Positions 57,457-64,000 of a stretch of DNA of 64,000 nucleotides are shown here, one piece after another (positions within the stretch are counted from its first letter, which is position 1; each line of letters starts with the position of its first letter). The translations under genes and the position numbers were made by a program. Under the pieces are notes generated by a model. The model was given only the letters and a program-made list of their open reading frames with translations, was not told the DNA's origin and made no database searches. The DNA is from Macrostomum lignano (lineage: Eukaryota), in assembly GCA_002269645.1 (NCBI GenBank), contig NIVC01001387.1, positions 190,136 to 254,135 of the forward strand, written 5' to 3'.

Positions 57457-57705
57457 TGTTCTGTTGTTGAATTAACGAACGCAGAAACAAGATAGATAAT
57501 TATCCGGGCGCTCAGTGGCACCAAAGAAGGGGACTGGCCAATAGGAGGGCGGCTCGTATATTTATGCACGCGGGGAAGGAAAGTTCTAGAAAGACCGGGG
57601 AAGGAAACTTCTGGAACTATGCGTAAACAAGTCCGCGGTGGAAGTTTCTAGAAACGCTGTCCCCGAACTACCCCTACGCCTCGCATGCCTTTGCAATACA
57701 CAACA
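57457..57705 (-). repeat. 5' LTR (249 bp)
   Basis: TGTTG...GAACA termini on the minus strand; adjacent PBS. Confidence 0.95.
57557..57653 (-). promoter_or_regulatory. LTR promoter: TATA-like ATAAATATA preceded by three perfect heat-shock elements
   Basis: GAAnnTTCnnGAA at 57579-57591, 57604-57616, 57641-57653; TATA-like box at 57557-57565. Confidence 0.72.
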
Positions 57706-57770
57706 CTATGGATTTCTGTAACTGTGGGATTTCTGTAGCTATGGGATTTCTGTAGCTATGGGATTTCTAA
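57706..57770. repeat. Short 17-bp tandem repeat CTATGGGATTTCTGTAG abutting the LTR
   Basis: About 3.5 degenerate copies. Confidence 0.75.
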
Positions 57771-58229
57771 TTGGGAAATTCGCATGAAGGAAGGTAGTAT
57801 TTTGTGTTTAATATCCGTAGAAATTTTCGATCAAACAACGGCTCATTTTGCAGGCAGCCATATGAAAAACTAGCAATTGCAATATCATTACAATTTACTT
57901 ACTCCTTAATTGCTTGAAGCTGAAACCTCAATCAAGGTTTGATTGAGGAGTGGCAGTGGCACGGGGGTCTGACGCAGAAAGGCCAATTAAGTAAATTGAA
58001 TGCAAAATCGGCAGTGCAGTCTGCATCAATTTTTGGAATGGGATATTTATGGGAGAGCCTTCTGACAGCTCTAGATGCTTCAGTTAGCCATCACTGTGCT
58101 TCAGTATTGTGCAAAATACCCTCTGCTTATTATTTATAGCTTTCAGATTTCCTGATTGAGGACTTACAATTGTCCAGTTTGATTGTAGAATCCAACTGTT
58201 CTCTGTGGGATCTTATTGTCATTTGTGAG

Positions 58230-58660
58230 GTTCGTGTAGGATCTCACAATCCTATGAGAGATTAATTTGGGATCTCAAAATCCTATGAGAGATTTGTGTA
58301 GGATCTCACAATCCTATGAGAGATTCGTGTGGGATCTCAAAATCCTATGAGAGATTCGTGTGGGATCTCAAAATCCTATGAGAGATTTGTGTAGGATCTC
58401 ACAATCCTATGAGAGATTCGTGTGGGATCTCAAAATCCTATGAGAGATTTGTGTAGGATCTCACAATCCTATGAGAGATTCGTGTGGGATCTCAAAATCC
58501 TATGAGAGATTTGTGTAGGATCTCAAAATTCTATGAGAGATTCGTGTGGGATCTCACAATTCTATGAGAGATTCGTGTGGGATCTCACAATCCTATGAGA
58601 GATCATTGTGGGATCTCAAAATCTATCAGAGATTCGTGTGGGATCTCACAATCTTACGAG
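58230..58660. repeat. Minisatellite, 31-bp unit GGATCTCA(A/C)AATCCTATGAGAGATT(C/T)GTGT(G/A)
   Basis: Direct. Confidence 0.93.
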
Positions 58661-58995
58661 AGGTTCATGTGGAGTTTCTTGGTTCTTTTTAGAGAGAGCC
58701 ATGTGTGATCTCGGTGTGATACAAGATTTTCGGTTGGAATGTCTTAAAATATGTCCTTGGCTAAATTCTCATTGCTCTCCACGTGTGATCTACATTTAGT
58801 TTTAGAATGGAGAAAATTCAAATACAATTGTAATTTGCATGAAAGCGAGATTAGCCCGAAGAAACGGTCTTAGGGTATCTTTAGGGCAGTGGGTTGCTAG
58901 CTGATTCCGAGCGGAAAAGTCTTGCTCAAAGGCTGTGTCAAAAAACTGCGCTCATAGTTTTTGTTCCTCTAATAGTATTAGAAGTCTAATAGTCT

Positions 58996-59790
58996 AATCT
59001 CCTTCTCAGGCTCCTTCTCATGCTCCTTCTCAGGCTCCTTCTCATGCTCCTTCTCAGGCTCCTTCTCATGCTCCTTCTCATGCTCCTTCTCATGCTCCTT
59101 CTCATGCTCCTTCTCAGGCTCCTTCTCAGGCTCCTTCCCAGGCTCCTTCTCAGGTTCCTTCTCAGGCTCCTTCTCAGGCTCCTTCTCAGGCTCCTTCTCA
59201 GGCTCCTTCTCAGGTTCCTTTTCAGGCTCCTTCTCATGCTCCTTCTCATGCTCCTTCTCAGGCTCCTTCCCAGGCTCCTTCCCAGGCTCCTTCTCAGGTT
59301 CCTTCTCAGGCTCCTTCTCAGGCTCCTTCTCAGGCTCCTTCTCAGGCTCCTTCTCAGGCTCCTTCTCAGGCTCCTTCTCAGGCTCCTTCTCAGGCTCCTT
59401 CTCAGGCTCCTTCTCAGGCTCCTTCTCAGGCTCCTTCTCAGGCTCCTTCTCATGCTCCTTCTCATGCTCCTTCTCATGCTCCTTCTCATGCTCCTTCTCA
59501 TGCTCCTTCTCATGCTCCTTCTCATGCTCCTTTTCAGGTTCCTTTTCAGGCTCCTTCTCATGCTCTTTCTCATCATTCTCAGGCTACTTCTCATGCTCCT
59601 TCTCATGCTCCTTCTCAGGCTCCTTCTCATGCTCCTTCTCATGCTCCTTCTCATGCTCCTTCTCATGCTCCTTCTCATGCTCCTTTTCAGGTTCCTTTTC
59701 AGGTTCCTTTTCAGGCTCCTTCTCATGCTCTTTCTCATCATTCTCAGGCTACTTCTCATGCTTTTTCTCATCATTTTCAGGCTACTTTTA
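58996..59790. repeat. Minisatellite, 12-bp unit CTCCTTCTCA(G/T)G
   Basis: Direct. Confidence 0.95.
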
Positions 59791-60347
59791 ACTCCAGGCA
59801 CGGTGTATGTAAATGTATGTAGAGTCTAAAAGTGCCAAAAGTCTTCTAAGTCAAAGAGACCACAGACTCAGTTCGTACTCGATCAAATATCAAGTGCGAT
59901 ATTGATTTCAGATTAAAGTGCAAATTCGATCAATTCTCAATTTCACGAATTCGTCTGGATTGGGGTTTCTAAAAATACGGTAGGGTCAGTTAAACTCAAT
60001 TTATGCTGCCTGTGCATAATTCAGCTCTTTAACAGCACCCTAAATCGGTGTGAAGGTTTTCTCAACCAAGGACATAGTTAGCTATGAGCTTATTTTGTAG
60101 ACTGGAAACTTTTTGTCGCTCTGTACATCCAGCCATTCGGTTTTATGCGTATTTGATGGACGCAGCTAGACGCATTGATATACTCGTAGATAAGACAGCC
60201 AAGCAGACACCCACTAAATCTAAATCCTATGGGAATTAAATGGAATGAGAACGCGTCCAAAGCTTCGTGACTTCAAAACTTCGGAGAAAGAATGGGGATC
60301 TTACGTCAGTCTTCGAAGCCTCTATGAGGCTCTTCCATCGGATTCAC

Positions 60348-62201
60348 CTGGCTCAATATGCACTCCAGCATTCTCAATACCGGGATAGAGGTTCGCCTCG
60401 TGTAGCAGCAGGCGCAGCCCGTAGGCCTGGTCGAACACGTCCATCACGAAGGCCTGCTCCCAGGGGTGCTGTCGCGAGTTCGAACCCAGATTCACAATGA
60501 GATACACAGCCGACATTGCTTGCGACTTGTCCGCCTGCGTCGGCTTAACCGTGTAGCAGTTGAAGTACTTCGGGTGCGAGACCAGCTGAAAGGTTAGTTG
60601 GCATTCGCTGGCTTTGCCAACCATCACATAGTTGCCGATGGCGATCATGCAGTGAAGGAGGAACTCGTCCACACTGTGACCCATGGACACGGTCACGTTT
60701 GGGTCCAGATTCTGATAATAGGTGTTCACCTGCGAAAATGAAAAAATATATAAAATATACTCCAGCTAAGCTCTATTTATTTAAAATATGCATTACGAAG
60801 GCATATTGCTGTCTGGGGTTACACCAGGTCATGCAGTGTCTTTTTAGAGCTTTCCGACACAAATAATAAATAAAGGTAGTGCTGATTGTTTCAATTAAAG
60901 AAAAGGTTTTGCTGGTGGTTGAAAACTGAGACAAGACAAGTAGTTTCCTGGGTAGCAGTTGCCTCAGGGGGGGGGGGGGTCGGGGCTCCAGTTGGCTCTA
61001 CAATTGAGAGGCATCCATGCAGTCTAGAATCTCTTCTTTAAGCATAAAAAAGTGGTAGCGTCGAAAACTCATCAATTCACAAGATAAAACAGAGATTTTA
61101 GCCGATAAATTTGTTAATTCTACAGATGCGTTCTACTGTGTACAAAACTGTCTCGGTTGTATTGTAACACAACTATATCTGTATGTCCGCAGACAGTCCG
61201 AGCTCTTGCCAAAATGCTCTCGATCTCTCTCTATCCTCTATAAACACTCGCCCTCATGCCGAAAATGTTTGATTGGTAGCTTTTTTAAACTAAAACTTTT
61301 TTCTCGCCTTATGGTAAGTCCTATTGTCATTCTGCAATAGCTATCGAGAACAAACACTTCTTTAAACACTACCAATCGTTGTGAAGCAGTCACAGAACAT
61401 TGAAAAACACTACCAATCGTTGTGAAGCAGTCACAGAACATTGAAAAACACTACCAATCGTTGTGAAGCAGTCACAGAACATTGAAAAACACTACCAATC
61501 GTTGTGAAGCAGTCACAGAACATTGAAAAACACTACCAATCGTTGTGAAGCAGTCACAGAACATTGAAAAACACTACCAATCGTTCCGAAAAAGTCATAT
61601 CTGAGCGTAAAATCTGCGACAGGCCACCCTTCATCCAAAACCGAACCTTATCATAAAACAGCAGCGTGTTGGCCAGTCGCAGGTTGCCGCTGAACAACAA
61701 CTGTCTGGTCAGTTGTCTCAACCGCCGGTTGAAAGTCGCTGGTGCCAGTTGTCCATCGCACTGCTGCCACATTCTAGCCGCCCTAGGCGAGAACGGATAA
61801 TGACTGCAGATTGTGATGGCGGGAAAGTCGCTGGGATCATTGCCTATGACTGACGTCTGCACTGACACGTCGTACTCTCGATAGTTCATCAGCACCCTAG
61901 TGGACGAGTACACTAACAGGATGAACATGGCCAGGACAAAGACTAGCCAGAGTATTCGAAGGAAAGTTGTGTCAGCTCGACAGATCTTTGGCACACCGCG
62001 CAGGCTGCTGCTGCTGCAGAACAGCTGCCGAATGTTGGCAGAAGGCTGAGGCACTGGCTTGGCCGGCAAGGATGAGTCGGCATTGAGGCGCGTCAGCTCG
62101 GGAACGCTGTTGTTTTTTGCCGATTCTTCAGAGCGCATGCTTTCGGGCAGAATCTTAATAGGCGGCGTGCTTTGATGAATCTGACAGCTGAGTTGCAGCA
62201 T
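60348..62201 (-). CDS. DEG/ENaC (amiloride-sensitive Na+ channel / FaNaC-like) subunit, first two coding exons; 3' exons not found
   Basis: Exons 62201-61647 (phase 0) and 60729-60348 (phase 1). SSLRGVPKI pre-TM1, TM1 ILWLVFVLAMFILLVY, YREYDVSVQT, FPAITICS, GHSVDEFLLHC, HPKYFNCYT, YGLRLLLHE..YP...GVHIEPG are typical DEG/ENaC motifs. Confidence 0.88.
61363..61584. repeat. Intronic 41-bp tandem repeat, about 5.4 identical copies
   Basis: Unit GTGAAGCAGTCACAGAACATTGAAAAACACTACCAATCGTT, no spacers. Confidence 0.95.
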
Positions 62202-63650
62202 CGATAGTTGGGAACCTATATGTAGCTATATATTTGGATAATTCCCGACCAATTGGAATTCAGGGCTGATTACTCGTGGCTGGATTCGTCTGTGCAGCCT
62301 TGGGTAGGATTATTCATTTAGATTCTCATCTGGTATCGCGTTTATTTATGAAAAGAAACAGAGTCATGCAATTAATCCTTCAAATCTCAGGAATGCAATT
62401 CTAAAGACATGTCTATATGAAAAAGCAAAAGCCAAAATTTGAGATAGGCATGAAGTAATAAAGCTTTCAGATAAGAGCCAGTATACGATAAATGGAGCTT
62501 GTGTCATTTAGTTAGTGTCTGGATTTCGTGGGTGCAAATTATTCGATTCCCCGATATCTAGTAGGTTCCTCCGCTTCATTCGAGTATCATTGAGCACTGC
62601 AAGCGAATCTCATTGGGACAATTTATGACATTCTCTTGGGTTTTATTAACAGCATATAGTATCCATATAAAATGATCATTAATATGTAATAAATATGAGC
62701 ATGGGCTACTAATGCCATTGCCCACTGAGACACGGGTTTGCGGATATTCCGGCCAAGCACGCATCTTTGAATATGATATGATACACTGTAGTGCAAATTA
62801 ATTAATACGATCAAATAACCCGCATAGAAAATAATAGGTCACGATGCAGGGTCTGCACGGAAAAAGTACAACTATTTTATGTGTCATTTTATTCATTTCA
62901 TTTGAATTTTACGTAGCTACATATATTTGCAGCGAGAGTTCCAATCAAGCAAGAAATGACCATCATTATGAAGATAATGAGGATAATGAATGAATGAAGA
63001 TTATGAAGATATAAATGAAGATAATGAAGATAATAATGAATTCAAGCAAGAAATAATAATGTTTTACTTGTACAGCTAAGATCGAAGCTCGAGTACGCAT
63101 ACATATAATTGTACCAGAATTAATATTTTGCATTACACGTAGAAAATCGTTGTTAGCGCGATAATTTTAACACTAAATGACCGAGTTTAAAGAATAAAAT
63201 GTATGAAGCTTGTACGCAAGTACATGTAATTTATCTACGATTTCATGCCTTCTGACTAATTAAGTGCACATGTTTATATATTCATGTACAAAATTGGCAA
63301 GAGAAACGCATTGTTGTGCATTGGTCTAATGTATAAACTGCAATAGTATTATATCGACTATAGCATACTAAATTGACAAGTAAACAAAGAAAAGTTTTAT
63401 AACCATAAAATGATTATTATAGGTTTTTATTATGTATCTTTACAAAATAATATATGCTACTGCAAACTGAAGAATATATTTTAAATGTCCTGTCGGCAGG
63501 AAATCGTTATTTTTGTTTTACTTTTAAATCGCTAGTGGAAACGAAAGCAGATTGGATTTGAGTTCCTAGCGCAAAATGATTTATTGTAAAAAAACTGGAG
63601 TAACAGTAACCCAAGTTAGATTTTATTCCTGAGTTAATATGACTATCTAA

Positions 63651-64000
63651 ATGAGTACAACAGCAGATTCATTTGGAGCTTTCGACCCGTCTCCGATTAG
63701 ATCAAGGGTCAAGAGCCAAACTGAAAAGGATAAAATTTCTAGCTTGATTAAGAACGAACATGTGGATCCGTTTTCAGAAGACGATGCAGAATTGTTGACA
63801 CTAAATCGAAAGCCAGCATGCTTCTTAATAATTGGAAAGCCTGGTTCAGGAAAGACCACTTTGGCTAAAAAGATTCGTGATGCTTTTAATTGTGAGCTCG
63901 TTAATCCAACAGAAATTCTTAATGGGATAATTCACACAGAGACTGAGCTCGGAGAAGAACTTCGAAAAAAGCTGGAAGCAGGCGAGATTTTGAGCGATGA
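63651..64000 (+). CDS. AK9: Adenylate kinase 9-like, N-terminal part (runs off the window; absent from the ORF track)
   Basis: MSTTADS...DPFSEDDAELLTLNRKPACFLIIGKPGSGKTTLAKKI...TETELGEELRKKLEAGEILSD; P-loop GKPGSGKT, and the context matches the AK9 N-terminus as recalled (F-x-EDE..L..KP.CF...GKPG.GKTTLA). Confidence 0.8.
   Translation, partial: MSTTADSFGAFDPSPIRSRVKSQTEKDKISSLIKNEHVDPFSEDDAELLTLNRKPACFLIIGKPGSGKTTLAKKIRDAFNCELVNPTEILNGIIHTETELGEELRKKLEAGEILSD

Larger units (their letters stand above)
53188..57705 (-). mobile_element. Full-length Ty3/Gypsy LTR retrotransposon (Mag-clade-like), multiply frameshifted in this assembly
   Basis: Two 249-bp TG..CA LTRs, PBS, PPT; domain order Gag - double Zn knuckle (CTRCGRDHGPTTPC, CDACGKKNHFRSCC) - protease - RT - RNase H - integrase, which is the Ty3/Gypsy order. 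Confidence 0.97.

Noticed and set aside
58986-59801. Arg-rich (MRRS/LRRS)n ORF or the alternative (PEKE/HEKE)n frame as a real protein
   Set aside because: Entirely a 12-bp array; the PEKE frame contains TAG stops and neither frame has supporting splice or UTR context. RNA-seq would be needed to revive it.
61363-61584. 41-bp identical repeats (also 3830-4567, 28440-29548) as CRISPR arrays
   Set aside because: Units are head-to-tail with no unique spacers, the context is eukaryotic and there are no cas genes.

Overview
Eukaryotic (metazoan) genomic DNA with GT-AG introns, GC-rich exons and about 30 unrelated mini/microsatellite arrays. This style suggests a free-living flatworm such as Macrostomum (inference only). 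Most entries in the ORF track are artefacts of tandem repeats. Six host genes can be reconstructed by hand: an intronless two-domain Ly6/uPAR protein, a 4-exon Cys-rich secreted/GPI-type protein, a 3-exon peptide-type class A GPCR, a 5'-truncated CCDC81, a 3'-truncated DEG/ENaC channel and the first exon of AK9. Mobile elements include a full-length but frameshifted Ty3/Gypsy (Mag-like) LTR retrotransposon next to a 765-N gap, several MITEs and two tRNA-derived SINE-like sequences. The most striking observation is that each 249-bp LTR carries three perfect heat-shock elements (GAAnnTTCnnGAA) directly upstream of a TATA-like box, suggesting a heat-inducible retrotransposon. In addition, the only AUG available for Gag lies inside the tRNA-Ser primer-binding site, one base out of frame. 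All family assignments come from recalled motifs and sequences; no database search was run.
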